A stretch of 64,000 nt of DNA from Candidatus Poribacteria bacterium (GCA_965214095.1 OZ243938.1:1024001-1088000), one strand, 5' to 3'. Shown: positions 17,908 to 28,598, counted from the first letter of the stretch. Translations and numbers: made by a program. The notes: a model not told the origin generated them from the sequence alone.

Positions 17908-19077
17908 ATGAGAGATATGATTTTTGAAAAGTGTCATCAACATTTTGATGATATTGTAGCAATCCGTCGCGACATACATCAACATCCTGAGATAGGATTT
18001 GATGTTGAACGTACTGCTGGAATCGCAGCAGATGCCCTTGATGCCCTTGACATACCTGTTAGAACAGGCATAGGTAAGACAGGGGTTGTCGGGGATTTGG
18101 AGATAGATGGCGCGACGAGATGTATTGCATTACGTGCTGATATGGATGCTCTGCCTATTCAAGAACAGACAGATGTTCCCTTTAAATCCAGAATTGACGG
18201 AAAAGCACATCTGTGTGGACATGATGCACATACTGCTATGCTAATCGGCACTGCAAGGATACTCTCAAATCTGAAGAGTCAACTCAAAGCAAACATACGA
18301 TTTATCTTTCAACCTTGCGAAGAAGCATATCCGGGTGGTGCACAAGCGATGATTTCAGATGGCGTGCTTGAGGGTGTTGACGAAATCTACGGTATACATG
18401 TCTTTCCATTGTATCCTGTTGGCAAATATGCAACCTGTCCTGGTCCTATGCTCGCACAATCGGATATTTTTGAGATAACTATTACTGGAAGAGGAGGACA
18501 TGCAGCGTTTCCATATCTTACTGTGGATCCGATAGTTATCGGTGCTGAATTTGTAAATGCTGCGCAGACAATTGTGTCAAGAAATGTGGACCCGTTAGAC
18601 TCTGCTGTAGTCAGTATTACACAGTTTCACGGTGGAGATGCTAAGAATGTAATTCCACCTTCCGTAACACTCGGTGGCACAGTTCGCACTCTAAATCAGG
18701 AAGTTCAAAAACGTATTAGTTCACAGTTGGAAAACTTACTCGCAGGAATAGCGAAAGCACACGATGCAACATACACCTTTGCCTACCAAGAAGGATGTCC
18801 GGTTACTTACAATCATGACCTGTGTGTAGAAAAAGTCCTCTCATCAGCAAAAACATTAGTTGGAGATGAAGATGTTATCTATCCAATTTCTCCAATACTT
18901 GGTGGTGAAGATTTCGCTTGCTATTCTCAACATATCCCCGCTTGTTTTGTTATGGTAGGGGCAGGAAATGAACAGGAAGGGATTGTTAACATGTGCCATC
19001 ATCCACAATTTGATATAGATGAATCTTGTATGCTTTACGGTATGGCTCTAACGTCAAGTCTCGGCCTAATGCAATGA
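17908..19077 (+). CDS. M20D amidohydrolase
   Basis: HQHPE, LRADMDALP, HLCGHDAH, FQPCEE, GGEDF, HHPQFD. Confidence 0.92.
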   Translation: MRDMIFEKCHQHFDDIVAIRRDIHQHPEIGFDVERTAGIAADALDALDIPVRTGIGKTGVVGDLEIDGATRCIALRADMDALPIQEQTDVPFKSRIDGKAHLCGHDAHTAMLIGTARILSNLKSQLKANIRFIFQPCEEAYPGGAQAMISDGVLEGVDEIYGIHVFPLYPVGKYATCPGPMLAQSDIFEITITGRGGHAAFPYLTVDPIVIGAEFVNAAQTIVSRNVDPLDSAVVSITQFHGGDAKNVIPPSVTLGGTVRTLNQEVQKRISSQLENLLAGIAKAHDATYTFAYQEGCPVTYNHDLCVEKVLSSAKTLVGDEDVIYPISPILGGEDFACYSQHIPACFVMVGAGNEQEGIVNMCHHPQFDIDESCMLYGMALTSSLGLMQ

Positions 19078-19098
19078 AAACAAACAAGGAATATACTC

Positions 19099-21396
19099 AT
19101 GCAACATTTTTTTTCCTTAATTAATAAAATTTCAGTCGGTCTGCCTATTATACTGTTATTCCTTTTTGTTTCTACATTTAGTATTGTCCTTGCTCAGAGG
19201 CAATCTACAGACGAACAAATAGAAAGGGTAAATACACTTAGGGCAATCCAAGATGCAAACGATCATTATTACCAAAAACGTTATGCTGAAGCTATTAAAG
19301 CGTATCAAGGATTGCTGAAAGCAACACTTTCACAGACACAAAAAGATTCTATGCGTTTGATGCTTGCACAGAGTTATGCCAAACTCGGTGAAGATGCTGA
19401 AGCACGCAAAATTCTGAAAGCAGTCATAGATGAAAATCCTGATGGTTCGTATGCATCTCAGGCAGTACATCAACTTTCAAATCTGTATAGTCAACGTTAT
19501 CAGTATAATGAAGCAAAGATCATGTGCAAGCAGATAATAAAACAACACCCTGACACTGCTACTGCTGCCGTTGCCACCTACTTAATTGCTTATTATGAAT
19601 ATGTTGAGGGTGATTATGAATCTGCAATGAAGAGTTACAAGCATTTTCTTGATAAGTATCCGAATTCCATCTATCGTTCATCGGCTATTAGTAGTTTGGT
19701 TCGTCTTTATACACAGAACAAACGTTTTTCAGACGCAGAAAAACTCATAAAAGACCGACTAAAAATTAATGCCACGGATACTACGTTGTTGGAAGAATTA
19801 GCCAATATATATCAACAGCAAGGCAAATCTCAAAAGGCACTTGAACTATATCAAGGAGTGCTTGAAAAGAATCCAGCAAACACAACAATACGACGGAAAT
19901 TAGGGTCTCTCTATGCTGAAATTGGCGATAAAGAAAAAGCAATAGAGGAATGGGAAAAATTGGTTAAGGGAGATCATAATCAACATCAGCAGTTAGGGAT
20001 GATATATGTTTCTCACAAGATGTATGCTGACGCCATCGAATCATATCAGCAAGCAATACGATCAAACCCCAGTTATGGTTATCTGTATACGCAACTTGCA
20101 GCAGTATATAGCATCCAAGGAGATATTGAAAAAGCTGCTGCTACCTACCTTGATGGATTACAGACCGTTGGTCCAAGCACAAGTCAACGTGCAGCAATTT
20201 GGCAATCTATGCTTGAAATATATCAAGGTGAAAGACAAGAACCATTAAGGAAGAAGTTGATTGCTCAATATGAAACGGTTCATCAAGCTGCACCAACTAA
20301 TCTCAACAATGCATTGACTTTAGGTGAGATGTACTACTATGCTGGACAAGAACCCCAAGCACTAAAAATACTTACACAAATCCACAAAACCTATCCTACT
20401 CCCACTGATTCAACATTGGAGAAGTTAGCGAATGATCTTGAACGAAATCAAAATCCTTATGCGGTTGAATTCTATACATCTCTCCTGCAACTTTCAAATG
20501 ACAGAAGAATATTAACAAATGCACGATATAAACTTGCAAAGCTATACCAAAAGAATAAACAGTGGGATGAAGCAATAACGATTTTGAAGAAATTAGACCA
20601 GAATAGTTTCTCAGTGGATAGAAAACTTTTACTTGCAAAAACACAACTACACGGGCTGCATAACCCCAAAGCCGCACATATAACTCTACAACCCTTGTTA
20701 TCCAGAAATATGCCTGCATCCCAATTGGTAGAAGTGAATTTGATTCTTGGTGAATGTCATCTGCTTCTAAAACGGTGGACTCTTGCGAGAGATGTGTTAG
20801 AACCGATTGCAAACAGTGCCGGTCGGTCAAGTGCTACTGCGCGAAAACTGTTGGGTGATTCTTACTTCTTTGCTACAGAATTTGATAACGCAGTATCGGA
20901 ATATCAAAAAGTCTTACGGACTTCAAAATCGGATGAACTAACAAACGATGCGCTTGAACGGATTGTATTGATACAAGACAATTCCGATTACCTGTCTATC
21001 CCATTGACAGACTATGCAAATGCACTTCAATACTTCCTAACAGGAGACACGAAATCAGCCATCACACAGTGTGAGGATACAATTTTAGCACATCCGAAAG
21101 CATCAATTGTTGACGATATTTGGATGCTTCAGGGAAAAATATATCTTTCACAGAAATCAGATGGAAATGCCATATATTCATATCGTCAGGTTGTATCACT
21201 TGAAAGTTCATTGGCAGCCGAAGCATTAGCACAAATCGCAGAAATATATCAGAAAAAGAGTGATTTTACCAGTGCTGCTGAAACTTATACCACATTGCTA
21301 CAAACATATCCTGATATTAGCATCGTTCCACATATCCGGCAACAGTTGGATCAGATTACGAAGATGATAAATAGTACTGATGATAAATCACCATAA
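19099..21396 (+). CDS. Exported tetratricopeptide-repeat protein
   Basis: Signal/TM segment, many TPRs with YPxS turns. Confidence 0.85.
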   Translation: MQHFFSLINKISVGLPIILLFLFVSTFSIVLAQRQSTDEQIERVNTLRAIQDANDHYYQKRYAEAIKAYQGLLKATLSQTQKDSMRLMLAQSYAKLGEDAEARKILKAVIDENPDGSYASQAVHQLSNLYSQRYQYNEAKIMCKQIIKQHPDTATAAVATYLIAYYEYVEGDYESAMKSYKHFLDKYPNSIYRSSAISSLVRLYTQNKRFSDAEKLIKDRLKINATDTTLLEELANIYQQQGKSQKALELYQGVLEKNPANTTIRRKLGSLYAEIGDKEKAIEEWEKLVKGDHNQHQQLGMIYVSHKMYADAIESYQQAIRSNPSYGYLYTQLAAVYSIQGDIEKAAATYLDGLQTVGPSTSQRAAIWQSMLEIYQGERQEPLRKKLIAQYETVHQAAPTNLNNALTLGEMYYYAGQEPQALKILTQIHKTYPTPTDSTLEKLANDLERNQNPYAVEFYTSLLQLSNDRRILTNARYKLAKLYQKNKQWDEAITILKKLDQNSFSVDRKLLLAKTQLHGLHNPKAAHITLQPLLSRNMPASQLVEVNLILGECHLLLKRWTLARDVLEPIANSAGRSSATARKLLGDSYFFATEFDNAVSEYQKVLRTSKSDELTNDALERIVLIQDNSDYLSIPLTDYANALQYFLTGDTKSAITQCEDTILAHPKASIVDDIWMLQGKIYLSQKSDGNAIYSYRQVVSLESSLAAEALAQIAEIYQKKSDFTSAAETYTTLLQTYPDISIVPHIRQQLDQITKMINSTDDKSP

Positions 21397-21417
21397 TTAT
21401 ATCCAACCAATTGCATA

Positions 21418-23082
21418 ATGAAAAATGTCTTTCATCTAATTCTCATCTACCTATTCCTTTTCTTATCCATCTTTCCCATAAACGCAGATGAAACTGCAAT
21501 ACGTTTTACAGATCAAACACTTGCTGCAAAAATCAACTTTAGACATAACAACGGAGCTTCTGATCATAGATATCTACCTGAAACAATGGGGGCTGGTTGT
21601 CTGTTTTTTGATTTTGATAATGATGGACTCCTTGATATATTCCTTGTCAACAGTGGCAAGTCTTGTGCAAATCCGTCCAAACACCGAACAAATCCTGACG
21701 AGATGAATGTTTTATATCGCAACAACGGAGATGGCACATTCACTGATGTTTCGAAACAATCCGGATTTGAGAAAAATTACGGATTCGGAATGGGATGTAT
21801 CTCTGCTGATTATGACAATGACGGTGATGCTGACCTATATCTCACTAACTATGGAAGCAATCAACTTTACCGCAATAATGGAGATGGCACATTTACGGAT
21901 GTGACAACGCAGGCAAGTGTTGGTGATAGTCGTTGGAGTGTGAGTGCTTCATTCGGTGATTTCAACCTTGATGGATACCTTGATCTCTATGTTGTGAACT
22001 ACTTAGATTATCAGATTGAAACAGCACACCCATGTATACTTGAGGGTGTTCATATCTATTGCGGTCCACACGAATATCCTGGTGCTCAAGATACACTTTA
22101 CCAAAACAATGGTGATGGCACATTTACGGATGTGACAGACAGTGCCGGAGTACTAAATGATGGAAAGGGTTTAGGTGTCCTATTCACAGATTACAACAAC
22201 GATGGTAAACCAGATATTTTTGTTGCAAACGATGCAGTCGAAGATTTTCTATATCATAACAACGGGGATGGCACATTTAAAGATGTTGCTGTTTCTGCAG
22301 GTATTGCCTATAACTCAGAGGGACGTGCAACTGCAAGTATGGGTATTGCCAACGGTGACTACGACAATGATGGATTGTTAGATCTGTTTGTCACAAATTT
22401 CTCTTTAGAAGTGAACAGTCTCTTTCACAACGATGGTGATGGTTTCTATACAATGACTACATTTGAGACTGGACTGGCTGAACCCAGTTTCTCTCAACTC
22501 GGTTTTGGCGCACAATTTCTTGATGCTGATAATAACGGAACATTAGACCTGTTTGTTGCTAATGGACATGTGTGGGATAACGTAGCAGAAATCACCCCTT
22601 CGTTGTCCTACAAGCAGACATGTCAGTTCTTTGCTAACATGGAAGAGGGCAAATTCACAGATATATCTGAAACAGTAGGGAAATTTTTCACAAATCCCGT
22701 TGTTGCGCGTGGTACAGCAATCGGGGATTATGACAATGATGGAGATATGGATATTCTGATATCCTGCTGTGGGGACAATCCTGTTCTACTGCGAAATGAC
22801 ACCCAATTGAACAATAATTGGTTGAAAATTAAACTCGTTGGTAATACAAGCAACCGTGATGGAATTGGTTCAAAAGTCATTGTACGCTCAGGAGACTTCA
22901 CACAGATAAAAGAGATTACGTCTGGTGGTAGTTATGCATCTGGTAGCGATAATTCAATCCATTTTGGACTTGGAAATCATTCAGAAGTAGAGACAATCGA
23001 AGTAAAGTGGCAGTCTGGACATATTCAAAGACTAAAAAACATATCAGTCAATCAGGTAGTTCAAATTGAAGATAATGACTGA
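21418..23082 (+). CDS. CRTAC1-family FG-GAP repeat protein with ASPIC/UnbV domain
   Basis: DxDNDGxxD and LYxNNGDGTFTDV repeats; NRDGIG...HFGLG C-terminus. Confidence 0.92.
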   Translation: MKNVFHLILIYLFLFLSIFPINADETAIRFTDQTLAAKINFRHNNGASDHRYLPETMGAGCLFFDFDNDGLLDIFLVNSGKSCANPSKHRTNPDEMNVLYRNNGDGTFTDVSKQSGFEKNYGFGMGCISADYDNDGDADLYLTNYGSNQLYRNNGDGTFTDVTTQASVGDSRWSVSASFGDFNLDGYLDLYVVNYLDYQIETAHPCILEGVHIYCGPHEYPGAQDTLYQNNGDGTFTDVTDSAGVLNDGKGLGVLFTDYNNDGKPDIFVANDAVEDFLYHNNGDGTFKDVAVSAGIAYNSEGRATASMGIANGDYDNDGLLDLFVTNFSLEVNSLFHNDGDGFYTMTTFETGLAEPSFSQLGFGAQFLDADNNGTLDLFVANGHVWDNVAEITPSLSYKQTCQFFANMEEGKFTDISETVGKFFTNPVVARGTAIGDYDNDGDMDILISCCGDNPVLLRNDTQLNNNWLKIKLVGNTSNRDGIGSKVIVRSGDFTQIKEITSGGSYASGSDNSIHFGLGNHSEVETIEVKWQSGHIQRLKNISVNQVVQIEDND

Positions 23083-23088
23083 TTTACC

Positions 23089-23117
23089 TTGACAATTACA
23101 AAATTGAATTATAGAAT
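23089..23117 (+). promoter_or_regulatory. sigma70-type promoter
   Basis: TTGACA-17 bp-TAGAAT. Confidence 0.65.
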
Positions 23118-23141
23118 TGTAATTTAGGAGGATACAGTTTT

Positions 23142-23900
23142 ATGAAAAATCTTAGATTATTGAAAATTATATGTTATAGTGTCATTATTTGTTTATTTGC
23201 AACCTCGTCGGCAATGATAAATGTAGTATCTGCTGCCGACTCATTCGGTGACCCATTTGAAGGTGACAAATTGCATAATCCTAACTGGAATTGGCAAAAC
23301 GAACCTTCAACTTGGGATATCGGTGATACGCGCGAGGGTGCCTTATATATAAGTAGTGAACCAAACCGAAATGTGTGGGCTTCAGATGATTCACATTTCT
23401 TGTATCAAGAAACTGATGCTGACACGTTTGATGTCTCAACCCATTTCTCAGCAAAATGGGATGCTAATTCTGGTGTCAATGGACTCCTTGTGAAGAGTCC
23501 TTCAGACAATAACTGGGTTACAGTGAAATTCTGGTCACGCGATGCTGGTCCAATGGGACATATTCAGTATCAAACCAAACAAGCCGGTTTAGGACCGTCA
23601 GATGTCCAATGGAGATTTGGCGATTGGGGAGATATCCAACTGTCTTTCAGACTCAAAAAAGAAGGCAATACATACACTGCCTGGTATAAAGCAGAAGGTG
23701 ATGAAGAGTGGTTAGATATTGGAGAAGGCACCTTTGACTTGAGTCCACCACTACAACTCGGCATATATGCTGGTGTAGCAGCAGATTCAGGAAAATTAGA
23801 AGTAGAATATGAATACTTTGAAGACCATGTGAACCCAACGGATGTTGAACCTGAAGGAAAGGTTGCGACAACGTGGGGTATGGTAAAATCCCGTTATTAA
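23142..23900 (+). CDS. Secreted ConA-like (DUF1349-type) protein with TWG C-terminal motif, paralog 1
   Basis: Signal peptide, Trp-rich beta-sandwich, ends VEPEGKVATTWGMVKSRY. Confidence 0.75.
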   Translation: MKNLRLLKIICYSVIICLFATSSAMINVVSAADSFGDPFEGDKLHNPNWNWQNEPSTWDIGDTREGALYISSEPNRNVWASDDSHFLYQETDADTFDVSTHFSAKWDANSGVNGLLVKSPSDNNWVTVKFWSRDAGPMGHIQYQTKQAGLGPSDVQWRFGDWGDIQLSFRLKKEGNTYTAWYKAEGDEEWLDIGEGTFDLSPPLQLGIYAGVAADSGKLEVEYEYFEDHVNPTDVEPEGKVATTWGMVKSRY

Positions 23901-23909
23901 AATAAATTT

Positions 23910-23946
23910 TGTGGGGTTGACTTTAAGTTTGCCCCACCTATATTTC
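23910..23946 (+). terminator. Probable intrinsic terminator
   Basis: GTGGGG...CCCCAC stem followed by a T-rich tail. Confidence 0.45.
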
Positions 23947-23952
23947 ACTTAA

Positions 23953-24368
23953 CGATCTTCCGTCAAATCCCCATGCTTTAGCTTGTGGGATGTAGACGGA
24001 ACCAACGATGTGATGGACAGCACGAAATGTCCGGCGAAAGTGGAAATAAACCCCATCGCTACAAACCCTATAAAGTTGGTGGATAGCGTCCATATCAAGC
24101 CAATGCGTCTAACAAACGCAGACTGGAATGCGTGAGCGGAGGAGACCCCTCCCGAAGTCTACGGACTTGTCGCGCGGCGTGCCTGGTAGGAGGGGCAGCT
24201 GTAAAATGGGTGGAAACAGAGCCAACCCACGACGTTAGCGAAAAACGAATCAAACAGGCAGGCTTAGCTGCCTAAAGTGGAGATGACGTGAGACGGGTGA
24301 TCCTTTTGGAGAAACGCTGTTGTCAAGGAAACACAAGCCCCAACCTTTAGGTTGTGGGTCACTATGAC
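23953..24368 (+). mobile_element. Non-autonomous IS200/IS605 (TnpB-derived) element with omegaRNA-like scaffold
   Basis: Left hairpin CCCCATGCTTTAGCTTGTGGG, right hairpin AAGCCCCAACCTTTAGGTTGTGGGTCACTATGAC; 40-aa remnant 24013-24135 ending NADWNA. Confidence 0.75.
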
Positions 24369-24457
24369 TTACTTATCAATATTCTTGAATACAATAATGT
24401 AAGTTTGTTGCTTTAGTAATAGATCAATTTACAAATATGAATATGAGGTAACTTTTA

Positions 24458-25216
24458 ATGAAAAACATGACATTTGTGAAAATTGTTTGTATGAGTGCTA
24501 TAATCTGTTTATTTACATCAATGTCTGGCTTGATATTCACTGCGAATGCAGCTGATTCATTTGGCGACCCGTTTGATGGAAACAAACTACAAAATCCTAA
24601 TTGGGAATGGCAAAACGAACCACCGAAATGGGATGTTGGAGAAACAGTTGATGGACGTTTATACATAGACTGTGAACCGAATCGAAATCTATGGGCTAAT
24701 GATGCATCTCATTTTCTGTATCAGGTCACCGATACTGATATGTTTGATGTCTCAACACATTTCCGTGCTAAATGGGATACCAATTCAGGTGTCAATGGAA
24801 TCCTCGTGAAAAGTCCTGGAGATAATAACTGGGTAACTATTAAATTTTGGGGTAGAGATGCTGGTGCTAAAGGACACATTCAGTACCAAACCCGTGAAGC
24901 AGGCATGGGACCTCTAGATATCCAATGGAGATTTGGTGATTGGGGTGACATTGAAATGTCAATGCGACTCAAGAAAGATGGTGATACATACACTGCATGG
25001 TATAAAGCTGAAGGTGATGATGATTGGATGGATATCGGTGAAGGCACTTTTGCATTGACTCCTCCACTTTGGTTGGGTGTATATGCAGGTGTTGCTGACC
25101 CCGCTGGTAATCTTGAGGTAGAATACGAATACTTCACAGACAATATGAACCCCTTCCCCGTTGAACCTGGCGGTAAAGCGACCACCACTTGGGGTGCTGT
25201 AAAAACTCGTTACTAA
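24458..25216 (+). CDS. Secreted ConA-like (DUF1349-type) protein with TWG C-terminal motif, paralog 2
   Basis: Same length (252 aa) as and collinear with 23142-23900; ends VEPGGKATTTWGAVKTRY. Confidence 0.75.
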   Translation: MKNMTFVKIVCMSAIICLFTSMSGLIFTANAADSFGDPFDGNKLQNPNWEWQNEPPKWDVGETVDGRLYIDCEPNRNLWANDASHFLYQVTDTDMFDVSTHFRAKWDTNSGVNGILVKSPGDNNWVTIKFWGRDAGAKGHIQYQTREAGMGPLDIQWRFGDWGDIEMSMRLKKDGDTYTAWYKAEGDDDWMDIGEGTFALTPPLWLGVYAGVADPAGNLEVEYEYFTDNMNPFPVEPGGKATTTWGAVKTRY

Positions 25217-25231
25217 GGAGGGATATAGACT

Positions 25232-27087
25232 ATGCGATGCAGTGTATTCATACTTCTATGTTTCTGTGTCGTTTCTCCGTTATTTGCGGATAATTTCGTA
25301 GATAGAAGTGCAATCGCAGGGGTTCATCAACGTGAAACGCCAATTGATGAAAATTCCGGGACTTGGATGGGTCCCGGTGCTGCCGCTGCAGATTATGATA
25401 ACGACGGCTGTTGGATAGATATTTTCGTTGTCGGAGATGGTGGTCTACCAAATGCACTTTACCATAATAATAGAAATGGAACATTCCAGGATATTGCTGA
25501 AAAAGCAGGCGTTGCCAACACACCAAATGGACGTGGATGCGTCTGGTTAGACTACAATAATGATGGTTGGCGCGATCTCTTTGTATCCTGTGATGGTCCA
25601 AATTTTCTATTCAAGAACAACGGAGACTGCACCTTCACAGATGTAAGCAAACAGGCGGGTGTCACAGATGCACAACACGGCACAAGTATTGCAGTCGCTG
25701 ATTATGACCACGATGGTTGGTTGGATATCTATGTTGCAAATTGGGGACGTCCAGCATCGCTTTTAGTTTTTGATCCTGCTCCCAGAATTAATGTACTGTA
25801 TCGAAATAAAGGCGACGGCACTTTTGAGGATGTTGCAAGGAAGTTGGTGTTGATGATGGCGGAATCGCTTGGGGTGCAATCTTTTTTGATTACGATGGAG
25901 ATACATGGGCAGATCTGTTTGTAGCAAACGATCACGGACCTGATAAACTTTATCGTAACAAAGGGGACGGCACTTTTGAGGATGTCTCCGAACAATCTGG
26001 AATTGTTACACTCATCAGAGGAAAACCAACAGGTGCTATGGGACTCTGTGTCGGTGATTATGATAACGACGCTGATCTCGACCTATTCGTTACCAACTAT
26101 GACGAAGACCTTCTCTGGCGAAACAACGGCGATGGCACTTTTACAAATGTTGCCGAAGAAGCTGGTGTCGCAAACGTAGGCGTTGGTTGGTATGCCAGTT
26201 TCATTGACTATGACAATGATGGATTCCGCGATCTCTATGTCGTCAATGGTGATGTAGATAATTCGCAAAAGACAAACCTTAACCGTCTCTATCATAACAA
26301 TCGTGACGGCACGTTTGTTGATCGTGCAGAAGGTCTCGGTGTTACCTCTAATGCAGTCGCACGCGGTGCAACATCAGGCGATTTTGACAATGACCGTGAT
26401 GTTGATTTCTTCATCGTCAATAACACTGGCTATACGCTACTCAAAAACGAACTTGAAGATGACACACGACGAATTCAAGCTGACCATAAACGTATCCTAA
26501 TTCGGTTGATTGGTACAGAAAGCAATCGAGATGGAATTGGAACACGTGTGACTGTTAAATATGGCAACCATGTTCAGACACAAGAGTTAATTTGTGGTAC
26601 AGGTTTCTTAGGCAGTGATAGTTTAGAACTTGAATTTGGTCTTGGAACAGGTTATCCTTCGGGTAACATTACCTTAGAATGGCCCTCTGGTATAGTTGAG
26701 ACTTATGAATTCAGTTATGGCCATGATGTATATATATTCACTGAAGCTCAAGATGTGGTTACATCTGTTGAACCGCATGGAAAACAGTCTATAACATGGG
26801 GAAGACTAAAAACTGTTGAGGTATTTCAAAACTATCCTAATCCATTTAACCCTGAAACATGGATTCCATACAAACTAAACGAATCCAGTGATGTGAAAAT
26901 ATCCATCTATTCTCCAGTTGGTGAATTGGTGAGAACATTTGACCTTGGACTCCAGAATCAAGGTGAGAAAAAGTTTTATTGGGATGGTAAAAATGTAAAT
27001 GGTGAATCTGTTGCCAGTGGTATCTATTTCTATCAATTTGATGCGGGAAACACCAAGATTGTGCGTAAAATGTGGTTAATGAAATAG
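25232..27087 (+). pseudogene. FG-GAP/ASPIC protein with TWG motif and FlgD-Ig/T9SS-like C-terminal domain, split by a 1-bp frameshift near 25837
   Basis: GTFEDVA continues as EVGVDDGGIAWGAIFFDYDGD in the frame of ORF 26038-27087; QNYPNPFNPETWIPY tail. Confidence 0.8.
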
Positions 27088-27090
27088 ATT

Positions 27091-27984
27091 ATGGACAACA
27101 TATTTCTGAGATGGTGGGGTTGTGGTGCATTTGATGTCCGATTTGGAGACATCAATATTGCTTTCGACCCCTACCTATTCAATCAGAACTTAGCGGATGT
27201 CCAACCGATATACGATTATATCTTTATATCACATGAACATTTTGACCATTGCCATCCTGCTACATTAAGCAAATTGTGTCAAGGCAACCGATTTAAAAAA
27301 CTATATGTCAATCCTGGATGCATCACACCAGAACAACCTATCAATGAGAAATATGGTGATGCAGCTTTTGAACGCGACCTACCTATAACAAAACATGTTC
27401 CTGCCGAAAAAGTAGAGATTTTGTATCCAAAACATCACAACGACAAAAATGGCACATCACGTTCATTTCAAGGTTCAGACACACTTGAGCTTGGACTTAT
27501 TCAAGTTGAAACAATAGAAAGTGGTGAGAACCAAACACCTGATTTACCAACCAATGGCTATCTCATAACTCACACGACAAAAAATGTTTCTATCCTACAC
27601 ATAGGTGATCTCCACGAACCCTATCCAGCATTAGCAAACCTACAAGGAAAGGTAGATTTTCTTGTTCACATGAAACTGGGACTTGGAAAGGGTCTTGAAC
27701 ATCGCTTAATTGAACTGATAGACCTGATTCAACCCCGTTTTATGATACCCACACACTATCGCACGGATCGAAAATCTGACCCGATACCTGAAGGACACTG
27801 GCCACCCAATGTCACAGATGAAATGGCATTTGTTGAATGTATCAGAGAAATTGTTGGAGATAAAACCCAAATTCTTCCCTTCACTGCTGGCATAGAATAT
27901 GAAATAGCATTACCAGAGAAAAAGGTTATCTGGAAATGGGAATGGTTCAACACATGGACTGTTCCACCCTGGCGTGAAAAATAA
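27091..27984 (+). CDS. Metallo-beta-lactamase-fold hydrolase (UlaG-like)
   Basis: ISHEHFDHC, HIGD, IPTHY. Confidence 0.85.
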   Translation: MDNIFLRWWGCGAFDVRFGDINIAFDPYLFNQNLADVQPIYDYIFISHEHFDHCHPATLSKLCQGNRFKKLYVNPGCITPEQPINEKYGDAAFERDLPITKHVPAEKVEILYPKHHNDKNGTSRSFQGSDTLELGLIQVETIESGENQTPDLPTNGYLITHTTKNVSILHIGDLHEPYPALANLQGKVDFLVHMKLGLGKGLEHRLIELIDLIQPRFMIPTHYRTDRKSDPIPEGHWPPNVTDEMAFVECIREIVGDKTQILPFTAGIEYEIALPEKKVIWKWEWFNTWTVPPWREK

Positions 27985-28128
27985 ACTATTGGGAATCAGA
28001 AAAGAATTCGTAGGAACCCACCTATAGTTTGCCCTTATTAGAAAACCATAATAAGACACTATATATTTTTAAAGTGTTATTTTGAATTTATTTGACTAAA
28101 TATGGTTTTAATGTTATTATTTTAGGTA

Positions 28129-28598
28129 TAGTTAACCCTGAAATTAACAGGGTTATTTAGTTTTATGGATTCGCAATCATTATAGTTAACTTGATGTTAA
28201 GTCACTGGATCGGACTCATCGCTGGATTTGTTGGACTTATTGATTCTTGTCTGAACCAGGATTTACCGGATTATAGGATTTTCAGGATAAGAACCTGAAA
28301 CATCAAAGTGCCATCCAGAGAGTAAACGTCAAATTGGGAATAGAAACTTTGCAAAGCCAAACCCATAATCCTGCAAATCTACTAATCCTGAAAATCCTGG
28401 TTCAGACAAATAGGAATCCAAACCCATACTGAATTTAACGTTTGTGTATAATATTGAACGAAAAACCGAAAACTAAATAACCCTGTAAAATTAATAAGAC
28501 ATTCTTCTGTAAGAGGGAACTCCGATTCCCGATGCACCTGTATCAGGAATCGGAGTTCCCTCTTACAAATAGTGTTCAATTAATTCTGAAGTTCACCG
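28129..28598. mobile_element. Correia-like TA-MITE (host) interrupted by a CAGGG MITE; carries a REP-like palindrome at 28508-28567
   Basis: TA|TAGTTAACCCTGAAATTAA ... TTAATTCTGAAGTTCACCG|TA; TGTAAGAGGGAACTCCGATTCC / GGAATCGGAGTTCCCTCTTACA inverted repeat. Confidence 0.6.
28148..28485. mobile_element. CAGGG-ended MITE, copy 2 (intact), ISAs1-like termini
   Basis: Perfect 17-bp TIR CAGGGTTATTTAGTTTT; 9-bp flanks TGAAATTAA / TAAAATTAA (8 of 9 match). Confidence 0.85.

Noticed and set aside
23953-24368. Group I intron (IStron) or minus-strand HEARO/IscB RNA
   Set aside because: No group I P7 core or typical HEARO internal motifs recognised; the plus-strand NADWNA remnant favours a TnpB origin, though a covariance search is needed to exclude these
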